Assembly: GCA_964490075.1 (NCBI GenBank)
Contig: CAZBBK010000031.1
Location: 1 to 63,829, forward strand
Source of the DNA: an uncultured Gemmatimonadota bacterium
GTDB lineage: Bacteria; GCA-2686955
Direction: 5' to 3'
Length of the DNA stretch: 63,829 nt
In this document: positions 44,331-54,591 of the stretch, in pieces
Layout of the letters: each line of letters starts with the position of its first letter
How positions within the stretch are numbered: the first letter of the stretch is position 1
Made by a program: the position numbers and the translations under genes
Notes under the pieces: generated by a model
Told to the model about the DNA's origin: nothing
What the model saw: the letters and a program-made list of their open reading frames with translations, nothing else
Databases searched by the model: none

Positions 44331-45722
44331 ATGAGTGGGATGGCGACCAACTTGAACGGACGGCCGCGCCTGCTGCCGTAAGGGAAGCGCTTCGCGTTCA
44401 CCCTCATCGACGACACCGACGGGTCGACCCTCGAGAACATCCGCCCGATCTACGACCTTCTCGCCGAGCTCGGATTTCGCACCTCGAAGTCGGTGTGGCC
44501 GATCGGGTGTGGACCCGGCGGGGACTCACTCCAGCGGGGGGAGTATCGGAGCTTCATCCGCGAGCTTCGCGGTCGAGGCTTCGACATCGCGCTCCATGGC
44601 GTTAGCTCGCGCGGCGCCATCCGATCCCGCATCGAAGAAGGTCTCGCCTTCTTCCGCCAGGTGGTAGGGCACGATCCACTCATCTACTCGCGGCACTACG
44701 TCAACCAGGACAATCTCTACGATGAAGAGCACGCCTTCAATCGGCTGCTGACTCGCCATCTTTTTCGCGCCCTGGTCGCACACGGAAGCCCATCGGGGCA
44801 CGACCCTCGAAGCCCGCACTTCTGGGGCGATCTGTGCCGCGATCGGATCTGCTTCGTGCGCGGCTGGCTCATCGAAGGAGAGCTCAACACGGGACGGGCG
44901 TTCGGGCCCCTGCTCTATCACGATCCGCGGCGGCCTTTCGTCAACCTCTGGTTCGTCTCGAGCTACTGCGGCGACGGCGGGCCTCGCTGCGAACGACACG
45001 CGCAGGCGCTCGGTCGGGCGATCCGAGCGGATTCGAGCGATCGACTGCAGGACCAAGAGGGCATCGCGCTGCTGAGCTGCCATCTCGGCTTCGGTGTCCA
45101 TGATCGCGCCCGAGGGCGGGGCGCGTCGGGCATCGATCCGAGCGTGCGACGCGGACTCGTCGATATCGCTTCACGCTCTGGAGTATGGTTGGCCACGCCC
45201 AGCGAGATCCTAGTGAGATCGTTGGCCCTCGATGCCGTCGAAGTAGGACCAAGTGCGAGCGGAGGACTCGAGATTCGTAATCGAGGTCTGGTCGGAATCG
45301 CCGACCTCGCGATCGATCTCATCGGACCTTGGTCCAGCAAAGCCATCGTGGACGGCGTGGCGCAGCAGATAGTGCGGAAGCGGACTCGGATACCCGTGCT
45401 GGCTCCCGGAACGGTTCACCGGATCGAGGCCTTCGCCGCGTCCGGCGTGCAATCCGCGCCTCGAATGGGCCAGAGCTCGCCATCCCATGTCCATGCGGGC
45501 GTCAACGGCGTGGGGGGGCCCGGCCACCACGCGTTGCTTCCCGATCCCGCCACGGGCAGCCGCCACCTCGTTGCACTCGATCGAGGGCGCCGCCTCAGCG
45601 AGCGGCAGCATCGTCGCCTGGTCTTCCTGGCCTTCAGGTCACGGCCGCACAAGATCCTCTCGCGAATGCGCTGGTGGTGGCCCCCCTGGAAACGATCGCG
45701 GCGCATGAACGCGCTCTCGTAG
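44331..45722 (+). pseudogene. Polysaccharide-deacetylase-like gene with in-frame TAA at 44379-44381
   Basis: Frame reads MSGMATNLNGRPRLLP*GKRFAFTLIDDTDGSTLENIRPIYDLL.ELGFRTSKSVWP...FDIALH. The track ORF (44493) lacks the DDTD segment. Confidence 0.65.
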
Positions 45723-45746
45723 ACTCTCTTCTCATGCCTGCCTCGG

Positions 45747-47021
45747 CTACGCGCCGCGAGCACTTCGCGACCTTCGACCTCGCCTCCAGAGCGAGAGACG
45801 CCTGCGCGCGCTTCTGGTCGACCAACCGATCGCCGACAGCACCAAGAGGGGGGGAAGGACCTGCGATCGATGCCTGTAGAGATCTCCGATCGCGCCCTCG
45901 GCCAGCGAGTATGCCAACGCGATGGCTAGAATCGGCACGGTCACCGCAACAGTTGCCGGCAATTTCGTTGTCGCCAGTCTTGCCAGGCCGCGCACCGCAT
46001 CGATGAGCAGGAAGTAGAAAACGAACATCTCGGGCAGTGCCAGCATGCTGGAGAGGCTGCCGGTCGTCTGGTGCGGCATCGGCGCGAAGAAGAAATAGAA
46101 CACTCCGGTCGGCAGAAAGCGCAGCGCACCACCGACAGTAGAGACGTCGCTCAAACCGCCGTAGGCGGACTCGCCTTCGCGCGCCAGGCTCGCCTGGATC
46201 GCGTTGATATCCTCGAGGCCGAATTCACCCAAGAAGCCGACCCCGAAGAACCCGAAGTCGAATAGCGTCGGCAGCAGCGCAACGACCAAGACCACGGCGA
46301 TGAAGCTGGCCGCTTCACGCCCCCCTTTCGCCAGGGCAGCCCACCCTAGTGCGGCCGGAGCCGCCACGATCAAGATCAGGAAGATCTGATATCGAAACAG
46401 CCCCGAGGCGGCCATGGCGACCAGCAACAATAGGGAGTGACGAAAACTGAAACGCTCAGCGAGCTTGTGCAAGAGCGTGACGACTACCAGCACGGCGGTG
46501 GTGGATAGGGGGTCCTTCAGATCCAGCGACGACCACAGCACGAGGGAAGGAAAAAAGGTCACCAGCACCGCCGCCCGGCGACCCGCCCTGCGGTAGCCCA
46601 ACGACGCGGTGAGATGATAGGCGATGAGTCCGTTCGCGACGCCGAACACCGCCACCGCCAGCAGCGGAAGTGCCCGAATGGGACCGAAGAGCGCGTACGC
46701 CAGTCCGTTGAGAAGAATGATCCCGCGAGTGCTCTCCGCGACGTAGGGGATGAATGGCTGCAAGGCGTGCAGAGTGTCTCGAATCAGCAGCCCTCGCTGG
46801 TGATAGAAGCGGGAATCCGGAGCAAACACGAGATAGAAATCTGTCTGGTGCAGAACAAGGGCCAGAGACAGCCGCAGCGCCAGACCGAGTAGCGCCACGC
46901 GCAACAGGAATCGACGATCCGGGTGATCGAAACGGCGAAATAGCAGCCATGCCGATCCTGAGACAACGATCGATGCGACCGCCAGCCGCCAGAAGCCGAC
47001 CCATATGTCCGCGTCGCTCAC
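45747..47021 (-). CDS. Polytopic membrane protein, Wzy/GT-C-like
   Basis: About 11 TM helices, PDSRFY, PSLVLWSS..LKD, GDLYRHRSQ; lies directly after wzc. GTG 47021. Confidence 0.65.
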   Translation of the reverse strand: MSDADIWVGFWRLAVASIVVSGSAWLLFRRFDHPDRRFLLRVALLGLALRLSLALVLHQTDFYLVFAPDSRFYHQRGLLIRDTLHALQPFIPYVAESTRGIILLNGLAYALFGPIRALPLLAVAVFGVANGLIAYHLTASLGYRRAGRRAAVLVTFFPSLVLWSSLDLKDPLSTTAVLVVVTLLHKLAERFSFRHSLLLLVAMAASGLFRYQIFLILIVAAPAALGWAALAKGGREAASFIAVVLVVALLPTLFDFGFFGVGFLGEFGLEDINAIQASLAREGESAYGGLSDVSTVGGALRFLPTGVFYFFFAPMPHQTTGSLSSMLALPEMFVFYFLLIDAVRGLARLATTKLPATVAVTVPILAIALAYSLAEGAIGDLYRHRSQVLPPLLVLSAIGWSTRSARRRLSLWRRGRRSRSARGA

Positions 47022-48958
47022 CCGAGTGAGGTCTCTCCGGGACGGACGTCGTTCGCGACCACGCCGAGCACCGAAACGCCGGCCGACTTCAATGTCACGT
47101 CCCAAAGTGTCGCGGCTTGGTGCGTGACCGATCCCAGCCGCACCACCAGGATGGTCTGGTCGGCCGAGCCGGCCACGGTCAGGCCCTCGGCGCTGCCGCT
47201 CAGAGGCGGTGCATCGATCAGCACCATGTCGGAATCGGTGACCGCCTCCTCCAGCAGAGGACGGAGGAGCCCTTTCACGAACCTGCCGGGACTCTCGTTT
47301 CGGCTCGCGCGCGCGGCCGAAACATCGAGCTGCCGATAGCCGCGTTCATCTTCGTCCGCCGCCTCCCCCCTGACCGGCGCCGACGCGGAGTCGACGAAGA
47401 CGACACGCTGGCCGATCTCGACGAGAGCCGCGAGGAGCCCTCTGGCCACCAACGTTCGCCCTTCTCCTGGAGACACGCTCGTGATCGAAATGACCTTGGC
47501 CCCGGTCTCGGCCGCGCGCGCCACCAGCACGGCCGCGATTCTGCGATGCGCGCCGGCGACCTCCCGCTCCGCCGGACCGCGGCGGCCGACGCGCGGCACG
47601 AAACCGATCAAGGGGCGCCCGGTCACATCGACCAAGGCCCTCAAATCGTGCAGCTTCGGATCGAGAGCCTCCGCGAGCAGCATCAGCACCAGCGCCGCCG
47701 CAAACGAGGCCAGGGTGTCATAGAGGATTGGGATCCAATGGGTATCGACGGGGGTCGCGATACGGGCCGCTTCCAGGAGTCGCAAGCTACCGGTCGAGAC
47801 TCCGATTTCGATGTCGAGTGTCGCGAGTCGATCCCTTCCTTCCGCCGGGCGCGAGCGGGCCCGTTCCAGTTGGAAACGGAGATCCTCGAGCTCCAGCTGG
47901 CGATCCGGCAGCTCGCCCAGCGCGTCCGCAAGAGAGCTCGATCTGTCGCGAAGGGCGTCGAGGCGCTCCATCAGCATCGATTCCGAGATGGTGGAATTCC
48001 CGGCGCTTTCACCCACCAGCTCGAGTGCTCGGCGGTCGCGTTCCCGCTGCAGACGGCCTTGGGATTGATCCGCGAGCTGCCCCAGCTCGGTGCGAAGACG
48101 TTCGACTCGAACCCTGCGCTCCTGCAACTCCGGATGGTCCGCGGTCGCGGTCGCGGAGAACAGGAGCAGCTCGCGCTCGGCACTCAGGAGCTCCGCCTCC
48201 AGGGCAACACGCAAGGGGTCGAGCCCTACCGCCGGGCCGCGAGCGAGGGAATCGGTCGCCACGCGCTCGATGTAGCGACGCATCGCCCTCGACTCGAGGA
48301 GCTCCTCCTCGATGACCATTTCGCTGACGATCGATTGGGCGAGTCGGCGTTGTTCCTCGCCGAAGGGGTCATTGACGTTTCCAGCTCCCGACTCATCGAC
48401 GAAAGCCAAAAGAGCTGACCGGGCGGCGGCCAGCTCTGATTCGGCACGCTCGGCGAGTTGGTGGGCACGCTCGCGCGCGGGCTCGAGCTCCCTTCGAAAC
48501 TCGTTTCTGCTGTGCGCGATCATGACCGCGGCCGCGGTGTTGGCCAGCTCCACGGCTTCGTCGGCATCGTCGTGCGTCGCGACGACTTTGGCCGTTCCCT
48601 CGTCCCCCATCGAGGCGCGCAAGTTGCCGATCAGCTCTTCGCGCGGCCCTTGGTGCCCGCCGCTGAGGAACGAATCGGCGACCGCCTCTCGTACCGGATA
48701 GGTGCCGAGCACCATCGCCCGCACCTATTGCGAGAAGCCGACGGCGGCATCGGCCGGAAGCAGACTTCGCAGCCCTTTCGACACCAGCTTGCGGCCCCCG
48801 TCCGTGAAGACCAGCACGACTTCCGCCCGATACCGCGGCGCCTTGCTGTAGAGCAAGAGGATCAAGGGAATCCACACCACGAGCCCGGTGACGACTCCCA
48901 GTCGCCAGCGTCGCCGGAGGGCGATCAGCAAGAGCTTCGGTTCCGCGAATTCACGCAA
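47018..48958 (-). pseudogene. Wzc-like polysaccharide co-polymerase with in-frame TAG at 48725-48727
   Basis: ORFs 48725..48958 and 47018..48724 are one frame: LRRRW + TM + PRYRAE, coiled coil, second TM, ITSVSPGEGRT, LIDAPP, GVVAN. Confidence 0.8.
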
Positions 48959-49130
48959 TCCGGCGCTCGGAGATGGCGCAGATTCTCAACCCCTCCGTCG
49001 AGGTTTCGTTCTGGACGCGACCGACCTTCAAGAGCACTGAGCCCCCCAAGGGAACAGCGGCCGGGGGCGCCGATGAAATGTGCGGGTCAGCCTATCTCGC
49101 GCCCCCACTCGGGTCAATACTCGCCGAGCC

Positions 49131-51290
49131 TCAGGGCAAGCGCGGCGGCGGCGACGCCGGCCGGAACACGTAGAGTGCGTTGCGCTCGATGCGCTCGATG
49201 CTCAGCCGCCCGTCTCGAACACGCGCCAGGCTGCCGCCGAGGGCATCGACCCAGATCCCCTCGGGAAGGGTCGAGGGCAGCTCGGTAGCGCCCCGGGCGG
49301 GGCCGCGGTTGACCAGCACCATGGCCCGGTTTCTGCCGGCTCGCCGCTCCATCGAGAGCAACCCGCCGCGCGCCTCGGCGACTCTGAAGTCGACCAGGCC
49401 GTCGCGCAGCGCCGGCGTCTCGCGGCGCACGCGAATCGCCCGCCGCAGGTCGTTCTGGAGATCGGTGTCCCAGCTGCTCTCGGTCCAGTCGAAGGCGCGG
49501 CGATTGTCGGGATCGTTGCCGCCCGGCATCCCCACCTCGTCGCCGTAGTAAATCAGAGGGGCGCCGGGCCAGGTGAGCAGGAAGAGCAGTCCCAGCCGGG
49601 CGCTTTCGTCGTCGCCGCCGCAGACCGTGTTCCAGCGTGGCGTGTCGTGGCTGCCGAGCAGGTTGAGGGTCGCCTCGGTCACGGCCTTGGGGTGGGCGCG
49701 CAAGAGTGTCCGCAGCCCGAGCGCGAACTCGCCGGCATCGATCGAGCGCTCCGCGAAGAAGGCCACGCAGGCGCGCCGGAAGCGATAGCCGGTGACCCCG
49801 TCCAGCTCGTCCCCCTGGAGCCAGGCGCAGGCGTCGGCCCAGATCTCGCCGAGGATGTAGGCCTCCTCCCCAACCCCGCCCGGCGCTTCGCGCACCACGT
49901 TGCGGAAGCTCTTCCAGAACCGGTGCTCGAGCCGTTCGGCGGCGTCCAGACGCCAGCCGTCGATTCCTTCGGCCATCCAACGGCGCACCGCCGCATGCAG
50001 ATGGGCCAGCACCCGCGGATTGTCGGTGCGCAGCTCCGGCAGGTGTCCGTAGCCGTTCCAGGCCGCGTAGTTCGGCCGCTCGGGGGGAGCGACCGGGTAG
50101 AAATCGACGCTGTACCAGTCGGCATGGGGCGAGGCCGCGCCCCGCCGGCGCAGGTCGCGAAAGGCGGCGTGCTGGTCGCCGGAGTGGTTGAACACCCCGT
50201 CGAGGAGGATCCGCATCCGGCGCCGGTGCAGCTCCCCAACCAGGTGGCGGAACAGATCGATTGCACCGAAATGGGGGTCGATCTCGTGGTAGTCGGCAAC
50301 GTCGTATTTGTGGTTGGAGGGGGAGCGGAAAATCGGATTCAGATAGAGGGCGGTCGCTCCGAGATCCTGAACGTAGTCCAGTCGATCGATGATTCCGGCC
50401 AGGTCGCCGCCCTGGTAGCTGTAATGCCCGGGACGGGATCCCCAAGGCTGCGTCCTGCGGGGATCGTTGCCGGGATCGCCGTTGGCGAAGCGTTCCGGGA
50501 AGATCTGGTAGAAGACCGCGTCGCGCACCCAGCGCGGCGGGAGCCGGCGCGGATCGGCGCCGCCGGGGATCGCGAAGAGATCGGTGCGATCGGCTCGCTC
50601 TCGCGCTCCGGTCGCTCCCAGGTAGAGCTCCACGTCGCCGTCGCCGGCGCGAAAACGGTAGCCGGCAGCGGCGCCCGGCGGCGGCAGCTCGGCCGCCCAG
50701 ACCGACTCGACCCCCTCGTCGCCCAGGTGAATCATCGGCACCCAGGGTCCACCGTCCCACTGACAATCGACACGCGACACATCTCCCGCGCGGGTCAGGA
50801 GCCGCAGCTCGACGCCGCCGTCCAGCTGCGCCGTCACCCACGGCCGCCCGCGGGGATGCACGATGCGCGCGGCATCGAATAGACCGTCGGCGGGCTGCAC
50901 CGGCGGCAATGGCGGGGCGGCCACCCGCAGCACGCCGTTGCGGCCGCCGTAGCCGTCCGGCTCGGATGCATGGGCGTCGAGATCGGTGACGTAGCGTCGC
51001 CCGTCCTCGAGAAGCTTGTAGCGATGCAGACCCGGCAGCAGAAAGAGCGTCTCGTGGAAGAGGCCCTCGGCGTCGGGGCCGATCATCGGCGTCGCTTCCA
51101 GGTCCCAGCCGTTGAAGCTGCCGACGACGTGCACCCGGGTGGTGCCAGCGGGAGGGCGATGACTCAGCGCGACCGGCACCAGCAGCCGCGAGCGTCGCGC
51201 CAGCGCATGGGCCTGATCGATGTCCGGCGCGGGTCGCGCGCAGCCCAGGTGCGCCGCCAACAAGGCGAGCAGAGCGAAATTGGATCTCAA
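49131..51290 (-). CDS. GH13 neopullulanase/cyclomaltodextrinase-like lipoprotein with N-terminal CBM48-like domain
   Basis: Lipobox HLGC, VVGSFNGW...HRYK, FYQIFPERF, GGDL.G, DGVFNH, GWRLD, GEIW, GSHD. TTG 51290 overlaps the malG stop. Confidence 0.92.
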   Translation of the reverse strand: MRSNFALLALLAAHLGCARPAPDIDQAHALARRSRLLVPVALSHRPPAGTTRVHVVGSFNGWDLEATPMIGPDAEGLFHETLFLLPGLHRYKLLEDGRRYVTDLDAHASEPDGYGGRNGVLRVAAPPLPPVQPADGLFDAARIVHPRGRPWVTAQLDGGVELRLLTRAGDVSRVDCQWDGGPWVPMIHLGDEGVESVWAAELPPPGAAAGYRFRAGDGDVELYLGATGARERADRTDLFAIPGGADPRRLPPRWVRDAVFYQIFPERFANGDPGNDPRRTQPWGSRPGHYSYQGGDLAGIIDRLDYVQDLGATALYLNPIFRSPSNHKYDVADYHEIDPHFGAIDLFRHLVGELHRRRMRILLDGVFNHSGDQHAAFRDLRRRGAASPHADWYSVDFYPVAPPERPNYAAWNGYGHLPELRTDNPRVLAHLHAAVRRWMAEGIDGWRLDAAERLEHRFWKSFRNVVREAPGGVGEEAYILGEIWADACAWLQGDELDGVTGYRFRRACVAFFAERSIDAGEFALGLRTLLRAHPKAVTEATLNLLGSHDTPRWNTVCGGDDESARLGLLFLLTWPGAPLIYYGDEVGMPGGNDPDNRRAFDWTESSWDTDLQNDLRRAIRVRRETPALRDGLVDFRVAEARGGLLSMERRAGRNRAMVLVNRGPARGATELPSTLPEGIWVDALGGSLARVRDGRLSIERIERNALYVFRPASPPPRLP

Positions 51291-52270
51291 TCCTTGACTC
51301 CCCCCAGGGTCAGTCCCGTGACCAGCCACCGGTTCAAAAACAGGAAGAGCGCCACCACCGGAACGCTCACGATCAGCGCCGCCGCGGCGTAGAGACCCCA
51401 CTCGGTCGTCATGTTCGACTGGAAGGACTTGAGCCCGACCGGCAAGGTGAACATGGTCTCGTCCTGGAGGATCTGCGCCGCCACGATGTAGTCGGTCCAC
51501 GCATTCATGAAACTGAAGAGCGCGGTGATCACCAGAGCCGGCGCCGCCAGCGGTAGAATGATACGCCAGAAGGCATAGATGCGGCTGGCGCCGTCGATCA
51601 AGGCCGCCTCCTCGAGCGACGCCGGAATGGTGTCGTAGTAGCCCTTCATCAGCCAGATCGAGAAGGGCAGCGCGGTCGAAACGTAGATGACGCCGAGACC
51701 CAGAAGGGTATCGACCAGCTGCAGCCGGGCCAGCAGCACGAAGAGCGGCAAGAGGAGCATGGTCGCGGGGAACATCTGGGTGGTGAGCACGCCCAGGAGC
51801 CCCGCCCGCCGGCCGGGAAAGCGGTAGCGGCTGAAGGCGTAGCCCGCGGTCGATGCGAAGGCCAGTCCGATCAGGGTCGCCGTGACCGACACCAGAGCCG
51901 AGTTGCGCATCCAGATCAGGAAGGGCTGATCGGTGAAGAGCTGCCGGTAGGCGCCGAAGGTCCAGCCTTCAGGAATCAGCTCCAGTGAGGTCGAGAGCAA
52001 TCGATCGCCGGGACGCAGCGAGATCGACACCACGCGCAGCACCGGAAACAGGGCGATGGCGCTGAAGAGCAGCAGCACGCCGTGACTGACCAGGCGCGCG
52101 AGTCCCGGATGCCGCTCCAGGAAATCGAGAACTGGCGGCGCCGCGAGCAGCGCGCATGCCAAGAGCAGCGCCGCGACCGCCGCCCCGCTCGGCGGGGCGC
52201 CGAGCCAGAGCAGAAAGGGGAAGCTCAGGCAAGCGACGATGGCCGCCGGTCGCCACGCTCGGACCATCAT
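51287..52270 (-). CDS. malG: Maltodextrin ABC permease (MalG-like)
   Basis: QMFP, KGYYDTIP.SLEEAA.IDGA EAA loop, TLPVGL. ATG 52270. Confidence 0.92.
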   Translation of the reverse strand: MMVRAWRPAAIVACLSFPFLLWLGAPPSGAAVAALLLACALLAAPPVLDFLERHPGLARLVSHGVLLLFSAIALFPVLRVVSISLRPGDRLLSTSLELIPEGWTFGAYRQLFTDQPFLIWMRNSALVSVTATLIGLAFASTAGYAFSRYRFPGRRAGLLGVLTTQMFPATMLLLPLFVLLARLQLVDTLLGLGVIYVSTALPFSIWLMKGYYDTIPASLEEAALIDGASRIYAFWRIILPLAAPALVITALFSFMNAWTDYIVAAQILQDETMFTLPVGLKSFQSNMTTEWGLYAAAALIVSVPVVALFLFLNRWLVTGLTLGGVKD

Positions 52271-54522
52271 CGCACGCTCTCCTCGGCCGCCTGGCTGCGT
52301 TTCAAAAAGGTGACGCTGAAGAGCGCCAACATGGCGAAGATCACCATCGAAAGGGCCGCCGCATACCCGTAGCGATAGAGATTGAACGCCGCCTTGTATA
52401 CGTAGGTGACCAGAATATGGGTCTGATCGGAGGGTTCGCCGCCGTTGGAGATCAGCCACACCACGTTCAGATTGTTGAAGGTCCAGACGATGCCCAGAGT
52501 GATGGCGGGGATCATCACCGGCCGCAGCAGCGGCAGGGTCACGTGAATCAACCGCTCCCAGGGTCCGGCGCCGTCGATCGTCGCCGCCTCGTAGAGGTCG
52601 CGCGGAATCGACTGCAGGGCACCGAGCGCGATCATCATCATGAAGGGGAATCCGAGCCATACGTTGGCGATCAGGCAGGCGGCCAGCGTGGTGCCCTCTC
52701 CGGAGAGCCAGGCCACCGGCTCGATCCCCACCTTTCCGAGCAGCAGATTGACCGCTCCGTACTCGGCATTGAACTCACCGCGCCAGGTGAGAGCGGTGAT
52801 GTACTGCGGTACCGCCCAGGGCAGGATCAACAGCGCCTTGTAGAAACGCCGGGCGATCAGATCCTGGTGGATCACACACGCCAGCGACACTCCGAAGAAG
52901 ACGTGCAAGGCAACGTTGCCGAGAGTCCAGACCACAGTCCGGAGCAACACCTGGTAGAAGACCGGATCTGCGAACACTTTGAAGTACTGCACCAGCCCCA
53001 CGATCTGCCAGTCGCGGATGGTGCTCATGCTCATGTTGCTGAGCGAGATCAGCACGTTGTAGCCGAAGGGGTAGACCACCACCGCCGCCATGGCCAGCGC
53101 GGCCGGCGCCACCATCATCAGGGCAAAGGACACGCTTTCACGTTCGGCTCCGGATCGCATGCGCCAGAGCGGCCGCAGGAAGCGAGTCCCCAGCAGGTAG
53201 AGCGCACCCCCCAAAGCCGCCGCGCAGGCCACCACCAGGCCGCCCAGCACCCGCGCCGACGCGTCCTCCCTCTCTCCCTCGTGCATCTCCCGGATGCCGC
53301 GCTCGGCCGCCGCCTGCATGCGCGCCCCGGCCTGCTCCGGAGAGAGCGCCCCCCCCAGCACGGCCTGCACCACCGGACGCATGCCGTCCCAGACCGCGCG
53401 CATCTCGGGCACCACGGGCATCGGGGCGCCGACCTCGGCCTGCGCCAGCGACGCTTGCAGCATCGGGTCGCCCCGCACCGCGTCGGACTCCATCACCCGC
53501 CGGTTGGTGGGAATCACCGCGAGCTGGGAAGAAAAACGCGCCTGCACCTGCTCGCCGGTCAGGTGGCGCAAGAGCCCCAGCGCGGCGGCGCGGCGCGGCC
53601 CCTCATCGAGGTTGGCGTTGAGCGAATAGCCCTTGGCCGACACCATCGGCGCCGGCCAGAGCCCGCTCTCCTCGATCAAGGGGATGCGCGCGATCTCGAC
53701 CTCGATTCCGGCGTCGACGTAGCTCGCCCAGGACCAGGGGCCGTTGATGATCATCCCGGCGCGGCCTTCTTTGAAAATCGTGTCGGCGATGTTGTAGTCG
53801 CACTCGCGGGGGATCACCCGGTGCTCGTCGCGCAGCGCCAGCACCAGCTCGAGCGCTTTGCGGGTGGCGGGGGTGTCGAGCGTGGGACGGGCCCGGTCGT
53901 CCATCACACGGCCGCCGAAGCCGCCCAGAAAGGGCACGAAGAAGTAGGGCTCGAAGTAGTTCCACACCAGGCCGTAGCGCTCGGGGCGTCCGTCGCCGTC
54001 GTGATCGATGGTCAGTTCCCGGGCGATCTCGATCAGCTCGCCCATGGTGTGCGGCGCCGCCGGCACCAAGTCGCGGTTGACCACCAGCGCCAGGTGGTTG
54101 CCGACCATCGGCGCCAGCTGGTAGAGGTGGTCGGCGAACCAGACCGCACCCTTGGGATCGAAGCGGTCGACGAAGGCGGGCTCGATCAGGGTCTCGAGCG
54201 GCAGGATCAGCTGCATCGACGCAAAGGGGCCCACCTGGTCGGCGGGACCGAAGATCAGCTCCGGACCGGCGCTGGCGATCGCCGCCGCCTGGTAGGCGCT
54301 GCGCAGCTCCTCGGTCTCTTTGTAGAGCAGGTCGATCTCGAGGCCCGGATGCTGCGCCTGGTAGTCGCCGACGACCTCCTCGAGCAGCGCGCGCTCCTCG
54401 GGTCTCATCTGGTGCCAGATCGTCAGCCGGCCGTCCCACTCCGATGTGGAACAGGCCCCGATAGCCAGGAGCGAGCAGAGCAGAACGAGCCGCGGAGTCG
54501 AAGTGCGGCGTGGGGCAGTCAT
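52267..54522 (-). CDS. Fusion of maltodextrin-binding protein (MalE-like) and ABC permease (MalF-like)
   Basis: Lipobox IGAC, SBP motifs (GPADQVG, INGPW, PMPVVPEMRAVW), continuing without a stop into TM domain (LPWAVP, LYEAATIDGA, FNN). Confidence 0.92.
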   Translation of the reverse strand: MTAPRRTSTPRLVLLCSLLAIGACSTSEWDGRLTIWHQMRPEERALLEEVVGDYQAQHPGLEIDLLYKETEELRSAYQAAAIASAGPELIFGPADQVGPFASMQLILPLETLIEPAFVDRFDPKGAVWFADHLYQLAPMVGNHLALVVNRDLVPAAPHTMGELIEIARELTIDHDGDGRPERYGLVWNYFEPYFFVPFLGGFGGRVMDDRARPTLDTPATRKALELVLALRDEHRVIPRECDYNIADTIFKEGRAGMIINGPWSWASYVDAGIEVEIARIPLIEESGLWPAPMVSAKGYSLNANLDEGPRRAAALGLLRHLTGEQVQARFSSQLAVIPTNRRVMESDAVRGDPMLQASLAQAEVGAPMPVVPEMRAVWDGMRPVVQAVLGGALSPEQAGARMQAAAERGIREMHEGEREDASARVLGGLVVACAAALGGALYLLGTRFLRPLWRMRSGAERESVSFALMMVAPAALAMAAVVVYPFGYNVLISLSNMSMSTIRDWQIVGLVQYFKVFADPVFYQVLLRTVVWTLGNVALHVFFGVSLACVIHQDLIARRFYKALLILPWAVPQYITALTWRGEFNAEYGAVNLLLGKVGIEPVAWLSGEGTTLAACLIANVWLGFPFMMMIALGALQSIPRDLYEAATIDGAGPWERLIHVTLPLLRPVMIPAITLGIVWTFNNLNVVWLISNGGEPSDQTHILVTYVYKAAFNLYRYGYAAALSMVIFAMLALFSVTFLKRSQAAEESVR

Positions 54523-54591
54523 GGGCGCGGATCTCCGGGGCAGAGCTTACAGAGAATTGCTCTCCCGTCGAGGGGTGCACGGCCACTGTTG

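Noticed and set aside
44379..48727. Stop-codon reassignment, pyrrolysine or selenocysteine explaining the island's stops
   Set aside because: The stops are TAA and TAG, not TGA. TAG terminates many genes here, and no pyl/sel genes or suppressor tRNA are visible.
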